A stretch of DNA of 64,000 bases. It comes from Chloroflexota bacterium. Lineage in GTDB: Bacteria > Chloroflexota > Anaerolineae > Aggregatilineales > UBA3940. The number at the start of each line of letters is the position of its first letter. Positions within the stretch are counted from its first letter, which is position 1. The notes under the pieces are model-generated. The model saw only the letters and a program-made list of their open reading frames with translations. It was not told where the DNA came from and searched no databases. Both the position numbers and the translations under genes were made by a program. The DNA lies in the NCBI GenBank assembly GCA_010092885.1, contig JAADYX010000381.1:6144-70143 (forward strand), in the 5' to 3' direction. Below, piece after piece: positions 47,338-58,500 of this stretch.

Positions 47338-49256
47338 GTGGAATCTGCGGCATGCTGGCCCTAAAGGGCGCAGTGCCCGATGAACACGCATTGATCAGAA
47401 TGGTCGACAGCCTTCACCACAGCGAGGGCGAACGCGCAGGGCACCGCATCATCGGCCAATGCGGTCTCGGGCTGCAAACACATATCACCACGCATGAGAA
47501 TCCGCTCTTTGTCAGCCATGCCGCGCCTGATATACCGGTACGCGGCAGCCCACAGCAAGCCGTAGAAGCCTGGATTGTCAAGGATGGATTGGCTTTCAAT
47601 CATGCAGATATCCGGGCCGCGCTGACCGCCATGCGCCATCGCTTCAAAACCGGGGAAGATACAGAAACACTCCTGCGCTCCTATATTCAGTTTGGCCCAG
47701 AGAACTTCATCAAACCCTACCGGGGGCAGTTCACTCTCGCCATCTGGGATGAAACCCACCACCGGCTGACGCTGCTGCGCGACCGGTTGGGTCAGAAGCC
47801 GATCTACTATGCTATCACCGATGAATGGGTTGTATTCAGCTCAAAGATCAAGTCCGTATTGGAACACCCTGCGGTGGGCAAAAGGCCCAATCTGGCAGCA
47901 ATTCCCTATCAGCTCGCTGTAGGCTTCCCACCGCCAGGCCAGACGATGTTCGAAGGCGTGAACATCCTGCCGCCAGGGCACATGCTGACTGTGCAGCTGT
48001 ACACCGAACAGGACGCCTTCCCTGATATCGAGCCCTACTGGCAGCCTCCGTTGACAGAAACGGGTGACGATCCCCGCAGTGAAGAGGATATCGCTTACGA
48101 ACTGCTGGCCCATCTGCGGTGGGCCACAGGGCTGAACCGCTTTGGGGCACGTGAAATCGGGATATTTCTACAGGGTGGCCTGAGCTCCTCGGCACTGTTG
48201 GCGCTGCTCTTGCAGCAGACTTCCGACCAGGTCACCACGTTTTCGGTTAACCTGCCAGGCGGCTTTGCCCATGATGAGATGTCGGTGATCCGCAAGCTGC
48301 GCGCCCGCTATGTGACACGTCACATAGATATTGACATTGATCCAAACGTACCTGCTTTGATCGACCGTCTGCTGTGGCTGAATGATGAGCCGTTTGGTGA
48401 TGCAGGCGTGGTCATGGCTCATGCAGCCTATGAGGCAATGAGCGAGCATGTCCCCGTTGTGCTGATGGGCAATGGTGGCGATGAGCTGTTTGCAGGTTAC
48501 GAGGACTTCCGTATTGCTCAGATTGCACGGCAGTATGATCGTCTGCCGGATATCGCTCAGCGGGCAATCGGTGGCGCAGTGGAACGTCTGCCCACGTCAT
48601 CGTCACGACAGGGCGTGGCCTGGCGGATCTCCCAGGTGGCACAGACCGCGAACCTTTCACTGGCTGAGCGCTATCTGGAGTGGATCCGGTATGTGCCGGA
48701 TGAGTGGTTCAACCAGATATTGGGCACAAGTGCGGCGACAGCTGTGCGGCGACAGTACAGCACCCATTTTGATCTGGAAGGCGCCGATGGGTTTATCGCC
48801 CCGCTGTTGGATGTCAATATCCGGGTGCACCTGCCTTACGATCAGCTGGTCCGGCTTGACCATGTGGCCGGGGCTGCCGGGTTGAACGTCCGCCTGCCGT
48901 TCATGGACCATCATCTGGTACAATTTGCCGCCGGTATCCCTGCCTCCTTAAAGCTCAAACGCGGCATCTCACGGTACATCCTACGGCAGGCACTTGCCGA
49001 AGTCCTTCCCCGCCGTGTGTTGGACAGCCGTGGCGAGACCGGCCTGCCCGCCCCGGTTGACGACTGGTTCCGGGGAGACGTAGGCAGCATTGCTCAGAAA
49101 GCGCTGCTCAATGAGAAGGCGGCAATCGCAGGCCTGTTTGACACTGACCCGGTGCACGTTATGCTTGAACAGCATCGCAGTGGCGCGGCGGATCTGGGAC
49201 GGGCATTGTGGCCCATCCTGATCCTGGAGCTCTGGATGCAGCGGTCCTTCGTCTGA
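47334..49256 (+). CDS. Asparagine synthetase (AsnB)-like protein with degenerate catalytic motifs
   Basis: RDRLGQKPIYY, DEPFGD, GGDELFAGY and RLPFMDH retained; N-terminal Cys and SGGLDS altered. Confidence 0.8.
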   Translation: MSGICGMLALKGAVPDEHALIRMVDSLHHSEGERAGHRIIGQCGLGLQTHITTHENPLFVSHAAPDIPVRGSPQQAVEAWIVKDGLAFNHADIRAALTAMRHRFKTGEDTETLLRSYIQFGPENFIKPYRGQFTLAIWDETHHRLTLLRDRLGQKPIYYAITDEWVVFSSKIKSVLEHPAVGKRPNLAAIPYQLAVGFPPPGQTMFEGVNILPPGHMLTVQLYTEQDAFPDIEPYWQPPLTETGDDPRSEEDIAYELLAHLRWATGLNRFGAREIGIFLQGGLSSSALLALLLQQTSDQVTTFSVNLPGGFAHDEMSVIRKLRARYVTRHIDIDIDPNVPALIDRLLWLNDEPFGDAGVVMAHAAYEAMSEHVPVVLMGNGGDELFAGYEDFRIAQIARQYDRLPDIAQRAIGGAVERLPTSSSRQGVAWRISQVAQTANLSLAERYLEWIRYVPDEWFNQILGTSAATAVRRQYSTHFDLEGADGFIAPLLDVNIRVHLPYDQLVRLDHVAGAAGLNVRLPFMDHHLVQFAAGIPASLKLKRGISRYILRQALAEVLPRRVLDSRGETGLPAPVDDWFRGDVGSIAQKALLNEKAAIAGLFDTDPVHVMLEQHRSGAADLGRALWPILILELWMQRSFV

Positions 49257-49273
49257 AAGGGGAATTCACTCTT

Positions 49274-50224
49274 ATGGAACGTGTGCTGGTCACCGGTGGG
49301 GCAGGCTTCATCGGATCCAATCTGGTTGATGCATTGTTGGCTCAGGGCTACGGCGTCCGCGTGCTGGACAATTTCTCAACAGGGCGCCGCGAAAATCTAG
49401 CCGCTGTGCTGTCTGATATTGAGCTGATCGAGGGCGACCTAACTGCTTTAAAGGATGTCCGCAACGCGGTTGATGGTGTAGATGCCATACTGCATCAGGG
49501 TGCAGTTCCTTCCGTGCCGAAGTCGGTCCAAGATCCACTCACCTCCAACAATGCAAACGTGACCGGAACACTCCATGTGCTGGTTGCTGCACACGATGCG
49601 GGCGTCCGGCGGGTAGTGTACGCGTCGTCCTCATCCGTGTACGGTGACCAGGCTCCGGATGCAGCCAAAGTCGAGGCGATGACCCCGCAGCCTATCTCCC
49701 CGTATGGGGTGGCCAAGCTGGCCGCTGAGCATTATATGGGGGTTTTTCACCACGTCTACGGCCTGGAAACGGTGTCACTGCGATACTTCAACGTGTTCGG
49801 GCCGCGGCAAAACCCCAGCAGTGCCTATGCTGCTGTTATACCGAAGTTCATCACCATGCTGCTGAACGGTCAGCCGCCGACGATCTATGGTGACGGAGAG
49901 CAAACCCGCGACTTCACCTTCATCGGCAATGTGGTGGCCGGCAACCTGCATGCCTTGACCGCCCCGGCCCCCGACGTGGCAGGCGAAGTCTTCAACCTGG
50001 CCATGGGTGGGCAGACTTCGCTTAATGAGCTGGTGGCCTATCTCCAACGGATCACGGGGCAGGCTGTCGAACCGGTCTACACAGACCCTCGCCCGGGGGA
50101 TATCAAGCACTCGCGGGCGGCGGTGGACAAATTCCGGCAGGCCGGATTTGAACCGTCTATTTCACTGGAAGAGGGACTGCGTCAGACGGTAGCGTGGTAC
50201 CGGCAGCATGCCGTTGTAGACTGA
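49274..50224 (+). CDS. NAD-dependent nucleotide-sugar epimerase (WbpP-like)
   Basis: TGGAGFIGS, ASSSSVYG, YGVAK, RYFNVFGPRQ. Confidence 0.92.
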   Translation: MERVLVTGGAGFIGSNLVDALLAQGYGVRVLDNFSTGRRENLAAVLSDIELIEGDLTALKDVRNAVDGVDAILHQGAVPSVPKSVQDPLTSNNANVTGTLHVLVAAHDAGVRRVVYASSSSVYGDQAPDAAKVEAMTPQPISPYGVAKLAAEHYMGVFHHVYGLETVSLRYFNVFGPRQNPSSAYAAVIPKFITMLLNGQPPTIYGDGEQTRDFTFIGNVVAGNLHALTAPAPDVAGEVFNLAMGGQTSLNELVAYLQRITGQAVEPVYTDPRPGDIKHSRAAVDKFRQAGFEPSISLEEGLRQTVAWYRQHAVVD

Positions 50225-51381
50225 TGACCCCTTACCGGATCATGCGCATTATCGCCCGCCTGAACGTAGGGGGGCCCGCCATCCATGTGTCGCTGCTTTC
50301 CAAGGGGCTGAATGATTCCCAGTTTGAAACCATGCTGGTCTCAGGAAAGCTGGGCCCGCATGAGGGCGATATGAGCGATCTCACCCATGGATTAAATGTG
50401 CAGACTATCCCCGCCATGCAGCGCTCGATCCATCCGCTGCGCGATGCGCAGGCCGTGCTGGCGCTGATACGCCTGATGCGATCCTACCGGCCGCATATCG
50501 TCCATACTCACACAGCGAAAGCTGGTTTCGTAGGGCGGTTAGCCGCCCGCCTGACGGGTGTTCCCGCTGTGGTACACACGTTTCACGGCCATGTATTCCA
50601 TGGCTATTTCGGCCCGCTTAAGACCGCTCTATTTCTCCGGCTGGAGCGCCTGAGCGCAAAAGCTTCTGATGTGATCCTGACAATCAGTGACCGACTGCGA
50701 GACGAACTTATCGGCTACCGGATCGCTGCTGCGGACCGGATCCGCGTGGTACCGTTAGGCCTCGACCTGACCAGCCTGACAGATGTAGAGGGCCTGTGCG
50801 GCAGGCTGCACGCTGAACTGGGCTGCCCGTCGGAGTATCCGCTGGTGGGAATCGTTGGGCGGCTGGTACCGATTAAGAATCACAATCTTTTCCTAGAGGC
50901 TGCCCGCCTGATGGCAGACCATCATGCGACGGTGCGGTTTGTGATTGTGGGCGACGGTGAGGAACGCAGCGCCATAGAGGCCCGTATTAAAGCACTTGAC
51001 CTCACTGATCGTGTCTACCTCACCGGGTGGCGGCGTGATCTGCCCGTCATCTATGCGGGGCTGAGCGCGCTTGCGCTAACCTCGCGCAATGAGGGTACGC
51101 CTGTATCGATCATCGAGGCGATGGCGGCAGGAGTTCCTGTTGTGGCGACCAATGTGGGCGGTGTCCCTGATCTGCTGGCGAATGGCTCGCTCGGCCGCAT
51201 GGTAGCGGATGGTGATGCTGAAGCGTTGGCTGAGAACATCCTCAATGTGCTTGAGGAAGCGCCACAAACACAGATCGATCAAGCTCGTGCGCATGTGCTG
51301 GCTCACTATGACTCCGCCCGTCTGCTCGACGATCTGCGCGTGCTGTATACAGAGGTGCTGGCCGCAAAAGGCTATGACTGA
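50224..51381 (+). CDS. GT4 glycosyltransferase
   Basis: RLNVGGPA, HTHTAKAG, NEGTPVSIIEAM. Confidence 0.9.
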   Translation: MTPYRIMRIIARLNVGGPAIHVSLLSKGLNDSQFETMLVSGKLGPHEGDMSDLTHGLNVQTIPAMQRSIHPLRDAQAVLALIRLMRSYRPHIVHTHTAKAGFVGRLAARLTGVPAVVHTFHGHVFHGYFGPLKTALFLRLERLSAKASDVILTISDRLRDELIGYRIAAADRIRVVPLGLDLTSLTDVEGLCGRLHAELGCPSEYPLVGIVGRLVPIKNHNLFLEAARLMADHHATVRFVIVGDGEERSAIEARIKALDLTDRVYLTGWRRDLPVIYAGLSALALTSRNEGTPVSIIEAMAAGVPVVATNVGGVPDLLANGSLGRMVADGDAEALAENILNVLEEAPQTQIDQARAHVLAHYDSARLLDDLRVLYTEVLAAKGYD

Positions 51382-52408
51382 GTTCATCCCGTTTATCCTG
51401 ATATCCGGCGTAGCCTCATTCGTGGCCACACCGTTGATGCGCCAGATCGCTGAGCGTATTGGGTTCGTCGCCAATCCGTCAGCCGACCGGGTGCATCGCA
51501 AGCCGACCCCCATGCTGGGTGGACTGGCTATCTATATTGGGCTGGCAGTTGGCATAGCGCTCGGCAGCACGGAACAGCCGCTGAGTGAGGTGTTGGCTGT
51601 TTTTGGGGGGATGACACTGGTTATGTTGGTCGGCCTGATCGATGATCGCTATGGTACGCCCCAACTGCTGAGAGTATTGGTGGAGATTGCTGCAGCGCTG
51701 ATGCTCATCTGGGCAGGTATCCAGATCCAACTGTTTGACAATGAGCTTATAGACATCCTGTTGACCCTTATGTGGGTGGTAGGCATCTGCAACGCCATCA
51801 ACTTCATGGACAACATGGACGGCCTGGCGGCCGGTTTGGCGGCTGCGGCTGCTTTTTTCTTCTTCATTCTTGGCGTGATCGAAGGATTGGGCCTGGTCAC
51901 GATGCTCAGTGCGGCCATGCTGGGCGCTACGGTGGGCTTTCTATATTACAACTTCAACCCGGCGACGCTGTTCATGGGAGATACGGGCAGCCTGCTGATT
52001 GGGTTTGTGCTGGCTGTGCTGGGGATCAAGCTGCGGTTTACCGGGGTGCCTAACAGCATCACCTGGATCATCCCGATTATCATTCTGGGTGTGCCCATCT
52101 TTGATACAACCCTGGTCGTCATCTCCCGGCTAAGGCGCGGTGTGCCGGTTTCTCAGGGGGGTAAGGACCATACCTCACACCGATTGGTAAGTATCGAAGG
52201 CATGCTGCCTTCACGGTCCGTGATGACCCTCTATCTGATCACGGTAGCGCTCGGTCTGATGGCATTGATGCTGCGCGATGCCACGCAGATCCAGGCCTGG
52301 ACTATATTGGGCATCCTGATTGTGCTGTTTTTGCTGGGCTTGGGATGGCTGGAACTGCGCTTCGCGCCAGAGCGGCTGGCGGAGAAAGTCAGCCCACCGG
52401 GGGACTGA
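51374..52408 (+). CDS. Undecaprenyl-phosphate GlcNAc-1-phosphate transferase (WecA/TagO family)
   Basis: PMLGGLAI, GLIDD, NFMDNMDGL, FMGDTG, DHTSH. Confidence 0.9.
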   Translation: MTEFIPFILISGVASFVATPLMRQIAERIGFVANPSADRVHRKPTPMLGGLAIYIGLAVGIALGSTEQPLSEVLAVFGGMTLVMLVGLIDDRYGTPQLLRVLVEIAAALMLIWAGIQIQLFDNELIDILLTLMWVVGICNAINFMDNMDGLAAGLAAAAAFFFFILGVIEGLGLVTMLSAAMLGATVGFLYYNFNPATLFMGDTGSLLIGFVLAVLGIKLRFTGVPNSITWIIPIIILGVPIFDTTLVVISRLRRGVPVSQGGKDHTSHRLVSIEGMLPSRSVMTLYLITVALGLMALMLRDATQIQAWTILGILIVLFLLGLGWLELRFAPERLAEKVSPPGD

Positions 52409-52445
52409 GGGCACGGCGGTCACCGCGCCCTCGTGACTGTCAGAG

Positions 52446-53153
52446 TCAGCCGATTTCAAGATCGGCGAACGAATAGCCAATGCCACGTTCGGTCAGGATC
52501 ACACGGGGGACCGTGGGATCATCTTCCAACTTTTGGCGGAGCCGGTGGATATGCACCCGCAGCACGTTGCGGTCGTTAACAGTAGGATCGGAACGCCATA
52601 CACGTTCAATGAGGGTATCAGCGTCCACAACATCACCCTTGTGCTTGATCAATACATGCAGCAGCGCGTTCTCAATGGGAGTCAACTTATGCCGTTTGCC
52701 CTGTACAGCGATCTCCCGCTGGACCGGGTCAATGACCAGCCAGTCGTAGATATGCAGCTTGGGCCCGGAAGCATAGCTGAAGTTGTTGATACGGCTGAGG
52801 ATGCGGCGAATGCGCATGGCAACTTCTTCAACATCGATCTGGCCACGCAGGAAGTCATCGGCGTATTGGAGCGCTTCCACTGCGCGCGGCGAGTCCGGAT
52901 TGTTGTCAATAGCAATGATGGGCAGCCCGGCGATATCGTAGAGGAGTTCACACAGTTCGAGACCATCCATGTCGGGCAGTTCGAGCGCAACAATCAGCAG
53001 GTGGGGGAGGCCCTGTTCGTCCGTGTACTCACGGGCCGCTACTCCACCTTCCAGGTGAACGACCTCAAAGCCAGTTTCGTCGAGCTCGGCTCTGAGTTCA
53101 TCTACATCGAAGGGTGAACCGACGACGATGATCTTCTTGAGATTCTCGGTCAT
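52446..53153 (-). CDS. Atypical OmpR-family regulator (pseudo-receiver plus winged helix)
   Basis: Winged helix LRVHIHRLRQKLE...TERGIGY; receiver lacks DD, the phospho-Asp and the conserved Lys. Confidence 0.85.
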   Translation of the reverse strand: MTENLKKIIVVGSPFDVDELRAELDETGFEVVHLEGGVAAREYTDEQGLPHLLIVALELPDMDGLELCELLYDIAGLPIIAIDNNPDSPRAVEALQYADDFLRGQIDVEEVAMRIRRILSRINNFSYASGPKLHIYDWLVIDPVQREIAVQGKRHKLTPIENALLHVLIKHKGDVVDADTLIERVWRSDPTVNDRNVLRVHIHRLRQKLEDDPTVPRVILTERGIGYSFADLEIG

Positions 53154-53270
53154 CTTACAAGTTCCTTTTGCATGTGTATAAAGCGTATACTCCCTAATAT
53201 ATTTATACATGGTAGACATGCTAAAATCAAATAGTACCCTAGTAACATCAATGCCACATGGAGCACAACA

Positions 53271-54695
53271 ATGACTACCGAAAATGAAGAAGCCACCCCT
53301 GAACCCATCGAAACGACGCACAGTCTCACACTCGGCAGCCGAACCCTGAACTACACGGCTACAGTCGGTATGCTTCCCGTTGAGCACGACGAGGCCGAGG
53401 CGGAGATCTTCTTCACCGCCTATACGCGAACCGACATCAACGAACTCAATCGGGCCCGCCCCCTTATCTTCGCGTTTAACGGTGGGCCCGGTTCTTCATC
53501 AATCTGGCTGCATCTGGGCGCGTTGGGACCCAAGAGGGTTCGTATGCAAAATGAAGGATGGATGCCTGCCCCACCCTACCACCTGGTACCCAACATGAGC
53601 ACCTGGCTGGAGTTCGCCGATCTGGTGTTCATCGATCCGGTTGGCACCGGGTACAGTCGTGCTGCCGATCCGGAGAAGAACGAAACCTTCTGGAACCTGG
53701 AAGGCGATCTGGCCTCTGTGGGCGAATTCATCCGCCTGTACCTCACCCGTTACGAACGCTGGTCCTCGCCTCTGTTCCTGGCTGGTGAAAGCTACGGTAC
53801 CACTCGGGCGGCGGGTCTGAGCGCACATCTCATTGACCGGGGCATTGGGCTGAACGGCATCATCCTCATTTCCACGATTCTCAACTTCCAGACGGTGCGC
53901 TGGGCCCCGGGCAATGATCTGCCATATGTGCTGTATCTACCAGGTTACACGGCAGCGGCCTGGTATCATGGTCGCCTACCTGAGGATCTGGATACCCGTC
54001 CACTGCGCGATGTATTGACCGAGGTTGAAGCCTGGGCGCAGAGCGAATATCTGGTTGCGTTAATGCAGGGGGATCGGATTACCTTGGCGGAACGGGAGCT
54101 CGTCGTGCAGCAGCTGGCACGTTACACGGGTCTGACTCCGATGTATGTCGACCAATCGGACCTGCGGATACCACTCAACTTGTTCAGGAAGGAACTGCTG
54201 CGTGATGTGGCGTTAGCTGTGGGGCGGCTGGACTCGCGGTTCACGGCCACTGAACCCATGCCTGTGACTGACTCGCCGAAGTTTGACCCCTCGCTGATGG
54301 CGATCACCCCACCGTACACGTCCATGTTGAATGCCTATATGCGTCAAGAACTGGGCTACCAGACAGATCGTAAGTACGAGGTGCTGAGCTTTGATGTCAA
54401 TCAGGCCTGGGCGTGGGAACGTGGTGTGTATCCGGATACGAGTGAAGCGCTGCGTGATGCCATGATGAAGAACCGGTATATGAAGGTGTTTATCGGATCC
54501 GGCCTTTATGATCTGGCTACTCCGTACTTCGCTGCGGAATACACACTCGCCCATATGCGATTGGGCCCTGAGCTGCGTGACAACATCCAAACGGCCGAGT
54601 ATCCGGCAGGGCACATGTTCTACATTGAAACGGAGTCCTTACGGCAGCTTCGCACAGACATCGAGGCATTTGTCGCTTTTGCGGTGGCGCTCTAA
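53271..54695 (+). CDS. S10 family serine carboxypeptidase
   Basis: FNGGPGSSS, DPVGTGYS, GESYG, YDLATP, GHMFY. Confidence 0.9.
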   Translation: MTTENEEATPEPIETTHSLTLGSRTLNYTATVGMLPVEHDEAEAEIFFTAYTRTDINELNRARPLIFAFNGGPGSSSIWLHLGALGPKRVRMQNEGWMPAPPYHLVPNMSTWLEFADLVFIDPVGTGYSRAADPEKNETFWNLEGDLASVGEFIRLYLTRYERWSSPLFLAGESYGTTRAAGLSAHLIDRGIGLNGIILISTILNFQTVRWAPGNDLPYVLYLPGYTAAAWYHGRLPEDLDTRPLRDVLTEVEAWAQSEYLVALMQGDRITLAERELVVQQLARYTGLTPMYVDQSDLRIPLNLFRKELLRDVALAVGRLDSRFTATEPMPVTDSPKFDPSLMAITPPYTSMLNAYMRQELGYQTDRKYEVLSFDVNQAWAWERGVYPDTSEALRDAMMKNRYMKVFIGSGLYDLATPYFAAEYTLAHMRLGPELRDNIQTAEYPAGHMFYIETESLRQLRTDIEAFVAFAVAL

Positions 54696-55402
54696 CGGTC
54701 GTTGACTACTTCATAGGTGGCCCGATCAATGAGCCGGTCACCGATGTAGAACTCAATCTCATAGACACCTGCGGGCCAGCCTTCTTGCGCCCCAAAAAAG
54801 AAGTAAGCAAATCCCTCTTCACCCTGGTCCCATGTGGAACTCTCGTTCAGCACGATTGACCCGTTTCGGATCAACACTTGGGACCAGGCGATGCCATCCG
54901 CCATATTGTCATACTCGAACCAGTAATAGATGCGTGGTATGCCAACCGGAAACGTTTCACTGGTATTGACGGGTGTCAGCGCTGCGGAGATATCACTGGA
55001 AATGGCGGTGATCGTCAGATCGGCCTCTGTCGCTGGCGTTACGGTTAGTTCCGCAGTGACAGCAGCCGGACTCGCACTGGGCGTTGGCGACGGTTGGGTG
55101 GGCGTGATGGTGGGCGGGGCACTGCTCAGCGGTGTTTCTGTGGCAAATACCGCCTGGGTCGGTTGCAGCGCGTTTGGCGTCGGGCTGGCCGCAAAACGAA
55201 GTGTCGGCAGGCTCTCGATCTGTAGGCTGATGATCAACAGGACGGCTGCACCAAAAGCAACCAGTATGGAGCGCCAGCCGCGCTGGCGTGCGTCCTTACG
55301 AATACTGAAGTAAGGGATGCTGCGCATCCGCCGGAATTGGCTGACTGCATAGACAACAGCGCCAATGATGATGAAAGCGAGTACAAGCCGGATGGCGAGC
55401 AT
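54692..55402 (-). CDS. Membrane-anchored protein with a PT linker and an Ig-like C-terminal domain
   Basis: Start at MLAIR; 2 TM helices, PT-rich linker, WPAGVYEIEFY. Confidence 0.7.
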   Translation of the reverse strand: MLAIRLVLAFIIIGAVVYAVSQFRRMRSIPYFSIRKDARQRGWRSILVAFGAAVLLIISLQIESLPTLRFAASPTPNALQPTQAVFATETPLSSAPPTITPTQPSPTPSASPAAVTAELTVTPATEADLTITAISSDISAALTPVNTSETFPVGIPRIYYWFEYDNMADGIAWSQVLIRNGSIVLNESSTWDQGEEGFAYFFFGAQEGWPAGVYEIEFYIGDRLIDRATYEVVNDR

Positions 55403-55528
55403 GTGGACTTCCCTGAGTAACGGTCGGGCCGCAGCAAGTATAACACGAGTTTGTAGACCCATTGCGACTTTCGTATACTTGAATGGTACATTGTGAGCAG
55501 CAACAGTCGCACTGGGGAACACACACAC

Positions 55529-58500
55529 ATGGCTCAAATCCTGGTAGTCGACGATGAACCAGAGAGCGTCGACTTGCTTGCGTCCTGGCTCGCTGCGCGT
55601 GACTTCGATGTCCTGACAGCCTACAGCGGTCAGGAAGCGCTCGAACTCGCTGCGACTCATCAACCTGATCTGATCATCTTGGATGTCATCATGCCGGTCA
55701 TCGATGGCATCGAAACGTGCCGGCGTCTCAGGCGTGACCCACGCACACACGAACTGCCTGTGCTGCTCATCACGGCTCATGATCCGGTTGAGGGTCGAGT
55801 AGCAGGCCTTTCGGCAGGGGCTAATGATTTCATCACGAAACCGGTCAACCTCCAGGATCTCGCCCGCCGTATCGACAGCCTTCTGGCCGGGCCACAGGCC
55901 AGTGCGGCACAGGGGCAGCGCCTGTTAGCTGATGTAGTCGAAGCGGCCATCCCTACTATGCCATGCAACCTGGCCTGGCTGTTGGAAGTCGACTCAAATG
56001 AACAGGTGCTGCGCAGTCGGGCGGCTGCCAGCTCACGCGGGGATTGGGCCACAGAGCAGTTTCTGCAAAATCTGGAGGAAAACGGTGAAATCCGCTTTTC
56101 GCTGGAGCACACCGAGCATCCTCTGATTAACATTGTGCTGAATGGCCATGCAGAGTTCAATGTAGCACTGTCCGATCTGCGATCGCATGATCATCGCCTC
56201 TACCGAGCGCTCACCAACCTCGATCTCTATTATGTGACTCTGCTGCCGCTTCAAGTGGGTGGCATACCGTTGGGCATTCTGTTGATCGGCACCCGTGAGC
56301 CGTGTGACGTGGAAACCACCCGCGGACGCCAGCTGCTCACAGCGCTGACCAGTCAGGCCACCTCCGTTGTGAACAATGTGCGCCTGACAAGGCTGCTGGC
56401 CGAACGCGAATCAGTATCACAGCGTGAGGAGTTGTTCCGTCAAACTCTGCTTGACGTGATGAGCGATGGTCTGTTGGTCCATGATAAGCAGGGGCGCATC
56501 CGCTTTGTGAACAAACGGCTGACCGTGATCACCGGATACAATGAGCAGCAGCTCAATACCATGATGCTGGAGGACCTTTTCCCCACAGGGGAAAAGAACC
56601 GGGTGCGCCGCCTGGCCAGCGATGCGGGTGATATCCGGCGTACGGTGGCTTTTGAGTTCCGACTGCGGCGGGCTGATGGTAGTATCCGTGAGGTTGTGCT
56701 GACGCGGTCGGGTTCGGCAGTGTCCCAGGCAAACGGCGGAGAGTATCTGCTGGTAGTAACCGACACCAGCGAGCGGAAAGCACGTGAGGCGACACTTGTC
56801 CGGCAGACGCACCATATCAACGCGCTGAGTCGGGCCACACAGATGGTCAGCTCATCCTTCTCGCTCGACCAGATCATCCTCACGATTCTAGAAGAAGCAC
56901 GGCGTGTGATGCGTGCCTCAAATTCGCTCATTCTCCTACGCGATGAAGAGCGTGCACGCATCAGTGTGCGCGCCGTGGTTGGGCCCAAACGGCGCATGCT
57001 CAACAGCATCTCGCTGAGCTGGGATGAGGCGCAGGGCGTGATCGGGCGTGTCTTCCAGGAAGGACAGCCCCTGGTGCTCGGCAATGAAGGCGGCATGGTG
57101 GAAACCGATGCGCTGGCGGGAACAATGACGCGCTCGGTTGCTGCGGCCCCGCTGATTATGCATGAGGAGGTATCCGGGGTGCTGCTGGTTCTTGATGAGG
57201 AACCGGACAACTTCGATGATCGTGATCTGGAACTGCTGCAAAGTCTGGCGCATTCGGCGGCTGTGGCTATTGAGAACGACAGCCTCTACGATGAGGCACA
57301 ACGCCGTGTCCGTGAGCTCACACTGCTGCTTGAGGCGAGCGAGGCGGCTTCATCGGCATTTGCCATTGAAGAGGTCATGGAAAAAGTGACCCACCAGCTT
57401 CTCGAGGCTCTAAACGTCAACTACTGTATGATAGCCGGGTGGGAGCACGATGAGGCCAGGTTGGTGCGGCTGGTTGAGACCGGGCAGCACAGCGAAGCAG
57501 CTATTCGACTGCGTCATCATAACGATGAGATTGCCTTGGCCGCTGCACGCAGTACCTCACCGTATGTGCTCTCGTTGGAGGATACGACCCGTGGATCCGA
57601 GGTAGCGGCGCTGTTGACGGATCTTGGCATCCACACGCAGGTGAGCCTGCCCGTCATCGTTGACCGGCGGGTTGTTGGCGTAGCCGAACTCTACGATGTT
57701 GCCAAGGCCCGCAGTTTCTCCGACGACTCGCTTGAGCGCGCTCGGGAAGCCATACGCGCATGGCGCGAACGACTGCCTGAACCTGACCGGTGGCACAGCC
57801 CGCCTTTTGTTAACGATCTGGCCTCTCGTCTGAGTGATGCCAGTGGCGTCGAGTGGTGCACAATAATGACCTATACCGATGACTCCCTGACCGCCTGCTA
57901 CGAAGAAGGGCGTGTTATCTGGTCGTTGGATGAAGGGCAGTTTTTCCCTGTGCACGAAGATAGTGTCTACTGGGCCGCCCTGCGTGACAATATCCCGTTT
58001 GTAATCCGTTCGGATGATCCCTCTTTGACCAAAGCGGATCGGGCGCTGCTGCCCGATCTTGAGGAGGGTGTGATGCTGGTCGCCCCTTTGATGTCACGGG
58101 GGCTGGCGGTAGGCATGGTTGTGCTGTTTGATCTGGACGGTGAGCGCCAGTTCACAATGAGCGAGATGTCTCTCGCGCAGACTATCGCCAATGTAACAGG
58201 GCACGCTTTGGAAAATGCCCACCTGTTCTCTGAGCTGTCACATCGGGCTGCCCAATTGGAAATGGCCTATAACCATCTGCGTGAAGCGGACCGCCTGAAG
58301 GATGAGGTCATCCAGAACGTATCGCATGAGCTGCGCACGCCGCTCACTCTGATCATGGGCTATGCTGAGCTGCTGGCCGATCAGGATATGGGCATGTTGA
58401 GCCCTAACCAAATGGAGGCAGTGGAGATCATCACCGAGAAGAGCAGCCAGTTGGCCCGGCTGGTGGAAGACATTCTGACTGTACGGCTGATCGAAAGCGA

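Noticed and set aside
55403-55780. 5' extension of ORF 54692-55780
   Set aside because: It overlaps the kinase receiver domain in antisense; the start at 55402 has an RBS and begins a TM segment
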